Positions 38,211 to 50,954 of a stretch of 64,000 nt of DNA are shown here, piece after piece. This DNA comes from Callorhinchus milii (taxonomy: Eukaryota), in contig NW_024704742.1 in NCBI RefSeq assembly GCF_018977255.1, positions 61,692,001-61,756,000 of the forward strand, read 5' to 3'. How positions within the stretch are numbered: the stretch's first letter is position 1; every line of letters starts with the position of its first letter. A program made the position numbers and the translations under genes. A model generated the notes under the pieces. The model was not told the DNA's origin and searched no databases. It was given only the letters and a program-made list of their open reading frames with translations.

Positions 38211-39764
38211 CATAGATAAATACCATTAAGGAAATCCATTAAGTTTTTCTCCAAATAAAACCACTCTATTTTAAAACTCCAGGCCTCATAAGTTACTAGC
38301 AGGTGACTCTAACATTAAAAGATGCTTAAAGAAGATGTGCCGATTTGTTAAAATCGATTTGATTGTGTTATGATCTTGAAACATGTTTACATAAAAACAG
38401 TTTCTCTAAGCAAAACATTGACTCTTGGCGACATTTATTTAAAAAGAAACATTGGAGGACCGTGAATCAGCACTTGGAACCATTCCCAGAAACTTTAAGA
38501 TATAATGAGGCAAAAAAAAAGGAAAACATTTAGATAAACCTTCTGATGTGGACAAAATGGGCATTCTGGAATCAACTTGTTTCCATGAATCCATTGATTC
38601 ATGAACCAAAGAAAAGATTTGTAAAAGGTCCTGAAATTGATGCCAAATGACCTGCTCAACAAGGCCAAGCTCAACGATGTTCAGTTTCGAGGCATCAAGC
38701 TTGTGACTGGGCCCTCTTATTTAATCGTTCTTCACAGTATTTCAGCTGGGAAGCTATAATAATGTGCGCTTACTTTCCATCAAAGTATCATAACTCCCGA
38801 GATAATTATCATAACGCAGGTCACATTTTGCGTCGTGTGATGTACAGCATTGCAAAATTAATCATATCAACTGCAGAGATCTCAAAAGTAATTACCCATA
38901 TGAGCCTGGAGCCAAACGTATAATTTACTCAGCACCAGCTCCCTTGACCAAGTGGGTCTAATATGGGTGAAAGAAACTGAACAGTCTAAAGACAATGATG
39001 CTTACATTGTAAATGACACAGCGACTTACGCACTGTAATACTTTGATCTGCCATTATCCACTATTTCTAATGGATGAGTGCCAAACATTGGGGCTATTCT
39101 GCATGGATTACCCTTAGATGTGGTTACAGTGGAAAAAGATAAGAGCTGATCAGCCTGCAACAGATCATTTTACCCAGTTATGCAAATTTGTGTAATGCAA
39201 CACACTATCGCACGTTTGGACAGAATATTTTCCCTGTAAGTGCCAATTATCCATCTTATATTAAATTGTTGTTTACAACTCAGCAATCTGTAACAAAGAA
39301 TCTTTTTTTACTCAGCTGGATGCCTTGCAGACGTGATAAGGCGCTATATCAAATGCAAGGTTTATTATTATTATCTTCCTAATATGGATGCATTAAATCA
39401 ATTGTAAGGATTATTACTTATTATTATTACTATTATTATTATGGCAGTTACCTGAGGCAAATGGATAATCTTCCTCTGACTCAGATATAGAAGAAACAAG
39501 AAATGCTACGTATTCAGCAAAGAACATGCCACAGCACGTAAATCATATAAGACTCTGTTTGTGTCCACTGGGATGACATTATTTAAGTATTCAGTGCATT
39601 CCAAATAGTGTTAAACAAGGCACTGCATGTGAAAGGCATTGTTGTGGTGATATATGATGGGAAGCAGGCTATTTTAAATCATCATATTAAAAAAACGGGG
39701 AACACAAAAATCAGCATTACGCACCATTGTTGGTACCACTTTCAGAAGATCAGAAGGTGAGGAG

Positions 39765-40120
39765 TTCAGAGGTTCAAGCCTCATATCGGGATTCTGAGCT
39801 CATAGTACAGGCTGACACTTCAGTGCAGTGTTGGGGAGCTCTACTTTGCCAGAGGTGTCGTCCTTCAGAAAAAAAATAAGCATCCTTTTACCTGTTCAGA
39901 TGAACTTTAAAGATCCCATGGCACTATTTGTAAAGAGAGTGGAGTTTCTTGCAATGTCTAGGCAACAGTCCCCCAGACATAAAAGAGGTCATTGACTTTA
40001 TGATTGTTTGTGGGTCATAGCTGTACACAAATTGGCTGATGTGTTCACCTACAAATAGAGAAGGCATGCTGTACCAAAAAAAATCCATGAAGCACTTTGA
40101 GGCATTTCGACATGATATCA
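39765..40120 (+). mobile_element. Deu-domain SINE
   Basis: caggctgacacttcagtgcagtg...aaagatcccatggcactattt. Confidence 0.78.
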
Positions 40121-41089
40121 ATTGAGTCAGGCTAACACTTCACAGAAACTATGCACTGACTGCTTTTTCTATTCTGGGCCTGGGGCTGAACTAGAAACGA
40201 TGCTCCAGTGGTAACCTAGAGAGTTCAAACATAGCTTAACCCCCGCCTTTACTATCAACAATTCTGGCTTTTTTCCATGTGTTGATCTGTGCGTGTCTGG
40301 ATTGTGTAATGTCTAGAAGGGGACCAGGGGGAATGAGTCCAAAAGGCCTTTATGAAAGTAGATGCAAAAATTGGAGAGATACTAAATGGTAAATATGGCC
40401 AGTAGGTTTTTATTTTAGCATTAGTTGCACTGTTTGGATTGTTTTTCTTATGTTGGCAATGGAGCTGCTGTAAGTGAACACAATACAGCAAATTGAATTG
40501 ATATACCCCCTTCATATAGGATACATGTTTCAGACACCAATTCTTATTATGTTGTCATAATTCTTAGAGTTAATGTTGAAATCCAAGTAACATTTCCCAA
40601 GTAAAGGGAAGGAAGTAAGATTGCGTTAAGCACTACACAGTGCAGTTTAATGACGTTAAGTCTCTGACTCCCATTCATTTTCAAACCAGCATTGATTGAA
40701 AAAATCCTTGAAAGTGTGGGGAATCCAAAACAAAAGCAGAGACTGTGCAGCGCCTCAATCAGTATCTGACGTTTCTGGAGGAAGATTCTGATTTAAGGTT
40801 TCAGGTGTCACCCTGCCTCAGAACAGTGCAAAAAGGGCTGACAATCACAAGTGACAATCACGCGCAAACCTTTAGATACTGTATGTGCAACACCAACTGT
40901 TTTTGTCAAACAGCTGTATGACACATATGTGGAAACCCGTCGTAATGTTTAAGAGTATCCAGACCAGACTGAAAGTTCCACATACTCATGCCAACTATGC
41001 ATGGAAATTGTTGCAAATCAGCTTTGTTCACACCTCTCCCTCCATTTCCTACTCGAGCACCTCCATTCTAGATTCCACACTGTCCACTA

Positions 41090-41372
41090 CAAAGAGACAG
41101 CATTCGTCAAACTCCGACTCCCTCTGCCTCCTTGTCCTCCTGGACCTCTCCCCTGCATTCGACACAGTCCATGTCATTCTCATCCACCGCCTCTCCTCCC
41201 TCATGCACTTTATTGAGACCACACACTCTGGTTTGAGTTCTACTTAATGTTTTTTTCCTCCTGCCCCCACCTAGTCACCTGCAGCAACTCCCAAGCTCCA
41301 TCCTTGGCCCCCTTCTTTTCCTTATTTACATGTTCCATCTGGGCAATGCCATCCACAGACACAGGGTCAACT
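41090..41372 (+). mobile_element. L2 internal RT fragment
   Basis: LCLLVLLDLSPAFDTVH relic (ORF 40885..41247). Confidence 0.75.
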
Positions 41373-41943
41373 TAATATTATTATTATTATATTCTGCTTG
41401 TCCACTTAGGATCACCTTTTCTTGCAGGGTTAACCAGGAGAACTTTGGTTAACCAGCCCTTTGCTTGAGGGTTAACAGGAGCCATGTGAGAATTATTGTT
41501 ACCCTCGGTGACTGTTCCAAATCCTGCCAAAAATGTATTGACCAGTCTAAGGACGTAAACAGGGGCAGACTGGGTACATGGGAAATCGGGAAGTTCTGTT
41601 GCTCATTCTAAATGAAAAACAAATGTCTTTCTATCTCGTTTTTTACTGAGAAATGTTGGGTGGGTTTGGTCAGCTTTGGTTCAGCAAACATGGAAACACA
41701 TCATCATTCTTAAGACCTCCAAACCAAGCTACTCAGAATTCATATGCATGTATGAATATGTATATTCCGCTTGTCCGGAATGAAAATGCATACTCCTCCC
41801 TTCCCCGGGACACACTTTTACTAAATTACCGAGAGTTTAGCTGCTGGTGGGGTACTGCTGGGGGTTAAACACCTAAATAAAATAATATTAATCCTTACAT
41901 TGATACAGAGCCTTTTACATCAGAATGATATGTCAAAGATAAG

Positions 41944-42266
41944 TAATAATAATAATAATAATAATAATCCTTGCATTTGATATAGCGCTTTTCATGTCGG
42001 GAGGACATCCCAAAGTGCTTCACAGAACAACTATAAAGTGAATTGACTGTATATTTGTGGGCGAACGCGGCAGCCAATTGCACACAGCAATGTCCCACAA
42101 ACAGTCGTAGATTGAAAATGAACAATTTATTATTGGTTTTGGAGGGATTATTATTAGGCGTGTGGAGTAAGGAAACTTGCCCAAGGTTTCGCCCTCTGCC
42201 TGGAATTGAACTCAGGTCTCTCGCTTGCAAAGCGAGTGCTCTAACCACTGAGCTTCAGGACTCCAC
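41944..42266 (-). mobile_element. tRNA-Ala-derived SINE, short variant, full length
   Basis: Reverse head tctcgcttgcaaagcgagtgctctaaccactgagcttcaggactccac. (AAT)n tail. Confidence 0.9.
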
Positions 42267-42274
42267 GTAAAGTA

Positions 42275-42645
42275 AAGTTTACAAGTACTGTAAAGTGTAG
42301 TGACTTTGCATTTTGTAGGCGAATGTGGCAGCCAATTTGCTCTCAAAAATGTTTCACAAACAGCCATGAAGTGAGTGATCAATTTTATCTGGGGGATTGT
42401 TGGACAGGACACTGGGAGAAACTCCCTTCTTTTTTCAAATAGTAACATAAGATCATTAACATCACTTGAATAGGCAGACAGCATTTTGGTTTAATGCCTC
42501 ATCTTAAGGACAACACCCCCAACAATGCAGAAAACTCTCAGCCCCGGAGTGTCAACTTAGTCTTAGTATGAATTCAATCAAAGTCCTGAAATGAGGCTTG
42601 AACCCACAAGTTCTGATACCGGCAGGAGTGCAACGAATTGAACCA
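42275..42645 (-). mobile_element. Deu-domain SINE about 340 bp upstream of the copy B start codon
   Basis: Reverse core ggacactgggagaaactccc...aatagtaacataagatcattaacatc...ggcagac. Confidence 0.72.
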
Positions 42646-42986
42646 ACAGAAAGCACTGACAGTAACATTTCAGCTAAAACTGAAATGCTGCAGGACACCT
42701 CAAAGAGTTAACACTCCTTGAAAATCACAGTAACCCAGCATTGTTGGGTCAGCCCGTCACATAAAAAGAATGCTGTTTGACAAGACTGAATGGATTGATT
42801 GAGTGTCTGAGAAAAACAAAACTAGGACACATCAAAGTAAATTACCCAAAGGCAATTTCTGTTGTGATCAGCCTTTCAGTGTAGTAGTCATTTCCTGGTT
42901 GTGATGAAACCACTCAGAACAGGTGAAGAGTATCAGACAGAAAGCACACAAAAAGCTGTGCGGGGAGTGAACAATTGTCAGTTACG

Positions 42987-43079
42987 ATGATTCTTAAGAA
43001 TAAATTTGGGTTGATAACTGGAGCGTCGCAAGGACTAGGAAAAGCATTTGCTGAAGCCTTATTGAAGAAAGATGCAAAG
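42987..43079 (+). CDS. HPGD: HPGD-like gene copy B, exon 1 coding part (93 bp): MILKNKFGLITGASQGLGKAFAEALLKKDAK
   Basis: ATG start, Rossmann-fold TGxxxGxG motif (TGASQGLG), donor |gtaata. Aligns with human [31 protein letters not shown]. Confidence 0.95.
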
Positions 43080-43764
43080 GTAATAAGAGTGGTGTCTGTA
43101 TACTGTAGCTTTAAGCATTCTGTGACACTACCCTGCATGAGGGGCACTGTATAAATGCAAGTTGTTGTATATAGTTGATGTTTATTATTTCTTGAGAGTG
43201 AATTTCAGAGTAACAAGCGGAAAGATGGAAACATTGGTGCAGAAAAGGTCTGAGTAACCATTCTTTATAATAGGTTTGAAAACTTGTCCTTCTTGTTGAA
43301 AGTAATGGAATTTCATGTGTACATAATAATGAGATGTCACAGTTTACAGTCTAAACAGTTAATGTTTAATAATTTTTCAACTTCCCAGAGATAAGCTATG
43401 CCCTTTTTTATCTGTTAAGCACACTGGGACAGGGAGCTATTATCAGGTGTAGGTTATTATTAGATATATACACAAATTCAGCCATGCAAGAACAACACAC
43501 ATGAGAAAAATGTGTAAGCCTTTACTTTGTCTTTAAAAAATGTCTAATGAGATTCCTTTTCTATCCCTGACACACAGGAACAGAAATCGTAGCAACATAA
43601 ATAAATGACTTCACTGAAGCAGCTGAGTCAGTTTAGAAACAAGCCATCTACTGTCCATTCTGAAAAATTACAAATGCTATATCTTTGTGCGCATCTTAGC
43701 TTGTGCAATAGCTTCAGAGCAGCAAGTGAGCTTCAGAATAAAGTGCTCAGTTGGGGGTAGGTTA

Positions 43765-44129
43765 TAATAAATAATAATCTTTGCACCTTATCACATCTTC
43801 GAAACGTCTCAAAGTGCACCATAGAGGAAACTGTAAAGTGCATTGACTGTATATTTTATAGGCAAAACACGGCAGCCAATTGCGATTGCGCACTGGAGTG
43901 TCCCACAAACAGTCGTGGGTTGAGTGACCAAATTATTATTTTTTTAAGGAATTATTACTCCAGGAAAGTGATCTGCCAATTGATTAACAACCAGATTTCT
44001 ACTTACATCTAAGTAAACAGAGGGGGTGGAGTAAGGAAACTTGCCAAATGTTTCACCCTGCCCAGGAATTGAACCCAGATCCTCTTGCTTGTGATGCGAG
44101 TGCTCTAAACAATGCGCGACAGGACTCCA
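43765..44129 (-). mobile_element. tRNA-derived SINE, long variant (intron 1 of copy B)
   Basis: Reverse tail, core ctacttacatctaagtaaacagagg, head ggaattgaaccc...aggactcca. Confidence 0.85.
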
Positions 44130-44494
44130 TAAGGTTAGGAGGGAAAACAAACCTGACTTTTTCTCCAAGTTGTTGAATAAGATCTTCACTTCCAAAAATA
44201 ATTTAAATAAATAATAATTTGGTCACTCAATTCACGATTGTTTGTGCGAGACTTCCGTGCGCAATTGGCTATTGTACTTCACCCACAAAATACACAGTCA
44301 ATTCACTTCACAGTATATTCTGTGAAGTGCTTTGAGTCGTCTCAACAACATGATAAGGTGCTACATCAAATGCGAGGATTATTATTATTAACTATTATTA
44401 ACTTGGATCATTTACATGCACTGACCAGGGAGAAATTCCACCATAGTCCAGATTTACCCAGGGTTCATGCCCCATGCACGTTGGGATTTTGCTG

Positions 44495-44800
44495 TCACTC
44501 CAATACAGTGCTGTACATTAGATGAAATATTAAACCAAGATCCCGTCTGTCTGTTCAGATGGATGTTAACCATCCCAAGGCACTATTAGAAAACCAAAAG
44601 GAATTTCTCCCGGGGTTCTGGCCAACAATCCTCTGTTTAAAATTAGTCATTTACTTCATGGATGTTTTGCGTGACATTGCTGTACACGACTCAACTGCCT
44701 CATTCACCTACGAGATACGCAGTCACTGCACTTTAAAGTAAAATTCCTGAATAAGTATTTTGACCACACGATGAGGTACTATGTCAAATGCAAGGATTAT
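44495..44800 (+). mobile_element. Deu-domain SINE
   Basis: gatgaaatattaaaccaagatcccgtctgtctgttcagatggatgttaac core. Confidence 0.72.
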
Positions 44801-45503
44801 GACACTTTTACTCTATTTATGCTGCATTTCTCAGCATTCAGAATTTGGTCAATTCTTACACAGCCTTAGCTTAAAAATTGATTTTCTGTAAGTTCTTTTG
44901 AGAATTTCAGAAAACTAGCTTCAAATTTAAGATTAAATTGAACAATTTGCCAGGTTCTGAGTGCTCTGAGGGAAGGTTTTCTTCTTTCATGTAGAAGGAT
45001 AGACAAAATTATCTTACCAATATCAGAGCAGTTGCTAATGCCCCTCTATGATTCCTTCTGAAGGCATATAATAGATTCTTCTTCCAAAAAGAACCTGAAG
45101 AAATTTTATCCCTGTTACACTAAACATTGCATAGAATCGCATAGAACTTTGCAGCACAAAAACGGGCCATTCAGCTCAACTAAAATTTGACGGTTTTGAT
45201 GCTCCACACAAGCTCCCATCCTAATCACTTCTCCCATACCTTATATTGCCTTCTCCCTTCTGAATGCATCAATTTTCCATTCAAGTACATATATGCTTTC
45301 TGCTACAACCACAGCTTCCAGTCGGAGATGTATATATTTTCATTAAAGATTTTTTTTAACTTAAATAAACCTTGCATATGACATAGCATCTTTCACACCA
45401 AGAGGATGTCTCCAAGCCTTTTACTGTAAAGCTGTAATTAGTTCAATTTACATGTTTTTTACAAAAGGATATCATCAGTCAAAATTTATTCTTCACCTTC
45501 TAG

Positions 45504-45627
45504 GTAGTAATGATGGATATCAACAAAAGTGAAGGTGAGGCCACGAAAGCAGAATTTGATAAGAAATATGGACCTGGTAGAGCATCATTTATCTCCTGTG
45601 ATGTTACGAATCAGATCCAATTGAAAG
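45504..45627 (+). CDS. HPGD: HPGD-like gene copy B, exon 2 (124 bp): VVMMDINKSEGEATKAEFDKKYGPGRASFISCDVTNQIQLK(D)
   Basis: Acceptor ccttctag| and donor |gtcagt. Asp36 equivalent and the CDV motif are present. Confidence 0.95.
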
Positions 45628-45977
45628 GTCAGTACGAATTAATTATACTTTTGAACATCTCTTTGGGTAAAAACAAAATTGAGCTAATAATAATAATCCT
45701 TGCATTTGGTATAGCACCTTATCTCATCTTCAAGACGTCTCAAAATTGACAACAATTACATTTCCCCATCAATTTTACATCAGCTAAATGTATTTGAATG
45801 GCGCTGTGAGTGATATTAATCTTTTTTTATTGATGGTATTCATCTTTTCTGATTGGTATAGCATCTTTCACGTAGTGAGGACAGCTCAAAGTGCTTCACA
45901 GGATTTATCTAGGACTGTATTTTGCAGGCAAACATGGCAGCAAATTTGCACACGGCAAAATGTCAGCCCAAAACCAG

Positions 45978-48429
45978 TCATAGAATCATAGAATGTTACG
46001 GCACAGAAGGAGGCCATTCGGCCCATCAAGTCTGTGCCGGCTCTTTACAGAGCAACTGACTTTTATTAACCCCACTCACCAGCTTTCTCCCCATAACCCT
46101 GCAAACCTGTCTTCTCCAGATACCTATCCAGTTCTCTCTTAAAAGCTGTTATCGAATCGGACTTCACTGCCCTTTCAGGCAGATCATTCCAAATTCTAAC
46201 AACTCGCTGAGTGAAAAAATTTCTTCTAACCTCCCCTCTGCTTCTTTTGGTAGATATCTTAAGACTGTGACCACGAGTCACAGACACACCTACCAGCGGA
46301 AACAGCTTTTCCTGTCGAAACCTTTCATGATCTTGAAGACCTCTATCAGGTCCCCGCGTAACCTTCTCTGCTCTAATGGGAAAAGTCCTAACTTTTCCAG
46401 CCTGTCCTCATAGCTAAGCTTCCCCATTCCTGGTATCATTCTCGTGAATCTCCTCTGCACCCTTTCCAGTGCCTTAGTATCCTTCCTGAGGTAAGGTGCC
46501 CAGAACTGGACGCAGTACTCAAGCTGAGGCCTAACCAGTGTTTTGTACAGATTAAGCATAACCTCCCTACTCTTATACTCTATGCCCCTACTAATGAAGC
46601 TCAGTACACCAAATGCCCTTTTTACTGCCCTATCTACCTGCTCTGCCACCTTCAATGAATCGCTTACTTGAACGCCCAGATCTCTCTGTACGTTCACCCC
46701 CTTAAGATTGAGCTACCAAGCCTATATTGCCTCCTATCATTTTTCCTACCTAAGTGTATCACCTCACACTTATCTACATTGAAATCCATCTGCCACATGT
46801 CAGCCCATTCCACCATTCTGTGTATGTCTGCCTGCAGTCCGTCACAATCTTCTTCACTATTTACTACCCTACCTAACTTGGTATCATCTGCAAACTTGGA
46901 AATAGTGCTCCCTATGCCCAAGTCCAGATCATTAATATATATTAGAAAGAGCAGTGGTCCCAATACCGATCCCTGGGGGACACCGCTGCACACCTCCTTC
47001 CATTGCGAGAAACACCCATTAACCACCACCCTCTGCATTCTGTCACTCAGCCAGTTCCTAATCCAAATGGCTACTGTCCCCTTAATACCGTGGGCCTCCA
47101 GTTTTTTTATTAACCTCTTATGCGGTACTGTGTCAAAAGCCTTTTTAAAATCCATGTAAATAATGTCCACCGTATTTCCCTCATCAACCCTCGCAGTCAC
47201 CTCTTCAAAAAATTCTATTAGATTTGCCTTTAACAAATCCATGTTGGCTGTCTCTAATTACCTCGTGTTCCTCTAAGTAGAGATTTATTTTGTCCCGGAT
47301 TACGGTCTCCAGTAGCTTTCCTATTACCGAAGTTAGGCTGACTGGCCTGTAATTTCCGGGCTTGTCTTTCTGCCCCTTTTTGTAGAGTGGGGTAACATTA
47401 GCCACTCTCCAGTCTCTTGGCACCACTCCTGTGTCCAATGACGATTGAAATATAATGGCCAAAGCCTCCGCTATTTGAACCCGTATCTCCCACAGCAACC
47501 TTGGGTGAAACCCATCTGGTCCTGGTGACTTATCAATTTTGAGCCCAGTCAATCTTTTCAGAACTTCCTCTCTGTCTATAGTAATCTGATCTATGTCCTC
47601 TACCCTGTCATCCAATAATGTGGCATTTGGGGCATCCGTTTCCGTTGTGAAGACAGATGCAAAGTACTCGTTTAGTACATCAGCCGTACCCTCTGCCTCC
47701 ACAACAAGGTTGCCGTCATTGTCTTTGATTGACCCCACCCTACCTTTAACTAACCTTTCTTCCTTTATGTGCTTATAAAATATTTTAGGATTCCCCTTTA
47801 TGTTACCCGCTAACCTCTTCTCATGTGATCTTTTAGCCTGTCTTATCGCTCTTAAGATCACTCCTGCATTCTCTATAATGCGCTTTGCTATCCTCAATGT
47901 CTTGCATCCACCAATTGTTGTACGCCATCTTCTTCTTTTTCATCCTAGACAGAATATCCCTGGTCATCCAAGCAGGCTTGGTTCTCGCAGATTTCCCTTT
48001 TGTGGGAATATATCTATTTAGACCCTGAGCTATCGTATCTTTGAAGATTTCCCATTGCTCATGAGTCGTTTTACCTGCCATTCTTACTTGCCAGTCCAGC
48101 AACTCTAGGTCCCTCTTTAACCCACCAAAATTAGCTCTTTTCCAGTCAAGCATTTTCACCCTTGACCATACTTTGTCCTTGTTCATGAGTAATCTAAATC
48201 TAATAATATTATGGTGACTGTTACCTAGATGCTTCCCTACCGAAACTTGTTCAACCTGTCCTACTTCATTCCCTAGGACAAGATCCAGCAATGCTTCCTT
48301 CCTTGTAGGACTGGAGACATACTGCTCAAGAAATTTTTCCCTTACACAGTTGATGAATCTTTCTCCTGCCTTGCCCTTAACGCTGCTATTTTGCCAATCT
48401 ATATTGGGATAATTGAAATTCCCCATTAT
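45978..48429 (-). mobile_element. CR1/L3-clade LINE, about 2.45 kb, 5'-truncated, frameshifted ORF2 (end of APE domain plus RT)
   Basis: ORFs 47833..48531 (GNFNYPNIDW...LLDLVL), 47205..47897 (KSPGPDG...NYRPVSLTS), 46694..47242 (DFKKAFDTV...GVPQGSVLGP...FADDTK), 46290..46697 and 46066..46287. Confidence 0.96.
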
Positions 48430-50554
48430 GACATGAAGTGAATGACCAATTTTATCCAGAAAGAGGGGGTGGGGGGGTAATTGCTGCCCAGGAAACCAGA
48501 AGAAATTCTCTTCAATTTTCAAAAATACCATGGGTTGTCTGTTGTGAATGGTATAATGCTAAGCATGGTATAGTGTACCTTTCATGAGCTATCATATTAG
48601 AAAGCTATGATAATAGCTTCAACAGAATAATTAGTGGACATCCTAAATTGTTGTCAAATTGTTATTGCATAGAATTTAAACTTAAATTACAAGAATGTTA
48701 AGAATAGGAATGGGGCAATAGGTCCAAATGGACTGTCTCTTTATGACTGTCAAACCCACTCACTTGCCTTCTCAATCTATCATGAACAATCAACACAAGA
48801 GACGTCCAGATGAAGAAGGTCCTTTTATCCATTTGATCTCATTGTTTCAGAGTATCCAGCCTGCCTCCTGAGGCACCTCACATAACCTAACTCTCTTGCA
48901 ACCACCATTTGCTTCCTTCCATTCAACCAGTTCAAATAATGATAATGTGGTCACTCAATCCAGGACTGTTTATGGGACACTGCTGTACGAAATTGACTGC
49001 CATGCTTCACCCACAAAATGTACAGTCAATCCACTTTACAGTATCTGGGTAGCGCTTTGAGACATCTCGAAGACGTGATAAGAATCTGTATCAAATGCAA
49101 GGATTATTATTATTAATATAAATTCATACACATGTTTTGCCCTTGATACCCAGTAATTTCAGTTTATAAAGAGGATTTCAAGAGTTTCTTTGAAAAAACT
49201 CATTTAAGAAGTCTAGATTCACCATGGCTTCCCACAGTCATTTTGGGATCTCAACTACTCAAAAAAGTCAATGAGATTGGTCTCTCAAGATCTAACCCTT
49301 CTGAACCAGTTGGCAGTCATCCACTAGGTTATTTTTAATCAAGTAATCATGGGTCGGGCAGGCCAGAGGCTAATTAACCATGTAACATACATGGTCTTTC
49401 TGAAGGATATCTTGGGACAACCTCCCGACGTGAAAGGCGCTATACAAATGTAATTTTTTATTGTATTGTATGTTCAGCAACAGAAAGAGATATCAGGAGT
49501 AAGCATGTTAATCTTTGAATTAACTTGATAGGCTTTTAAAAAATGCATATGTCACACTAGTAACTTTACATCACAAGTCAAACAGAAAAGCAAATACCAG
49601 CACTGATGCATAAGTTACACACTCCAGCTTCATAGGTCATAAAATCTGCATTACAGAATGATTCACAGACAAAATTAAAGACACCTTGAATAAAAATAGC
49701 ATAAAAGAGCTCTTTCATGCCTGAGAGCAAATCTAATTGAAATGATCCACGGTGAAATCCAATCAAAGATTCCTCAGAATTGATAACGCTCACTTTCGAT
49801 TTTAATTGAATCGTGGATTGCCCGAATCCTATTGTTTTCACGAACGTCTGTGTACAAACAAGTGCTAATGATTTTGTAGACCCCAAATAAATCAGATGTC
49901 TGAGATGCCCTGCCAGGGAACCATCAGGGAAATCAGTTGCAATGAATAGATAATTTCCCAGACCGTAAGGAATTCAATGTCACTGATGCGTACTAAAAAA
50001 TCCACCAGAGAGATAAATCCAATGAACTGACAGTAATGTAAAATACGTGGAATTGTTCATTTTATTTTGGTTACGGGCAACGTTTGTTACTCATATTAAA
50101 CTTTTAACTTTCTCTCTGGTGATACTATTAGCTGAGATTTCACTTGCAGTTCATGCATAATTTAACTTAAATCTAATTTCTGAGTTTTCAATGTAATTTT
50201 ACAGCATCCATCACTCGAGTGGGAATGACTTGTCTCTGTGAAATACTCAGCATTGACTATGGGCTCAATCATCCTCCTGTTCATGTGTCAAAACTGTATG
50301 AGTGAAATTAGTTGCATTTCTTAATGCTTTTGATGTGATAATTATTTGCAAAAGCAGTCTAATGTGGGGTATTGGCAAAAATGACTAACTGTGATTTCTG
50401 AAACATGTAAACTTGTAAAATAACTTCTTAGTTTGTCTCACAAGAAATGATCCAGGGAGAAATGGGCCACAGGGAAATATATTTTAAAAGGAAATGGAAT
50501 TTTAAAATATAAAAATTAAGTTCCTGGTTGATTCTTCCCATAGTTATCATTGTT

Positions 50555-50952
50555 AATAAAAATAATTCTTGCATTTTACATACCACCCTCATCAAGACAT
50601 CTCAAAGAGCTTCACAGGATATTACTGAGAAGTGTAGTGACTGTGTATTTGTAGGAACAGTGTAGCAGCCAATTTACGCACTGCATCTTCCCACAAACAG
50701 CCATGAAGTGAATGACCAATTTTATCTGGAAGATTATTGATCAGGACACCAGGAGAAACTCCCTTCCCTTTTCAAAGATAGTACCATGGGATCTTCAACA
50801 TCCACTTAAACAGGCACAGGTATGACCTCAGTTTAACATCTCATCCAAAGGATAGAATCACCAACAATGCTACGCTGAACATCAAATTGGACTGTGAGCT
50901 CAAAGTCCCGGGTGTGGGGTTTGAACCCACAACCTTCTGACTCAGAGGTGAG
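50555..50952 (-). mobile_element. Deu-domain SINE, near full length
   Basis: Reverse atagtaccatgggatcttcaacatccac core and head tttgaacccacaaccttctgactcagagg. Confidence 0.82.
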
Positions 50953-50954
50953 AC

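Noticed and set aside
41428..41480. Three GGTTAAC motifs about 1.5 kb upstream of copy B
   Set aside because: Too short to support a regulatory call without conservation data.
45978..48531. Reverse transcriptase ORFs as an active element or domesticated gene (also 56359-58548, 29518-30351, 31436-32134)
   Set aside because: All are 5'-truncated and broken by frameshifts, stops or deletions. They are ordinary dead LINE copies.
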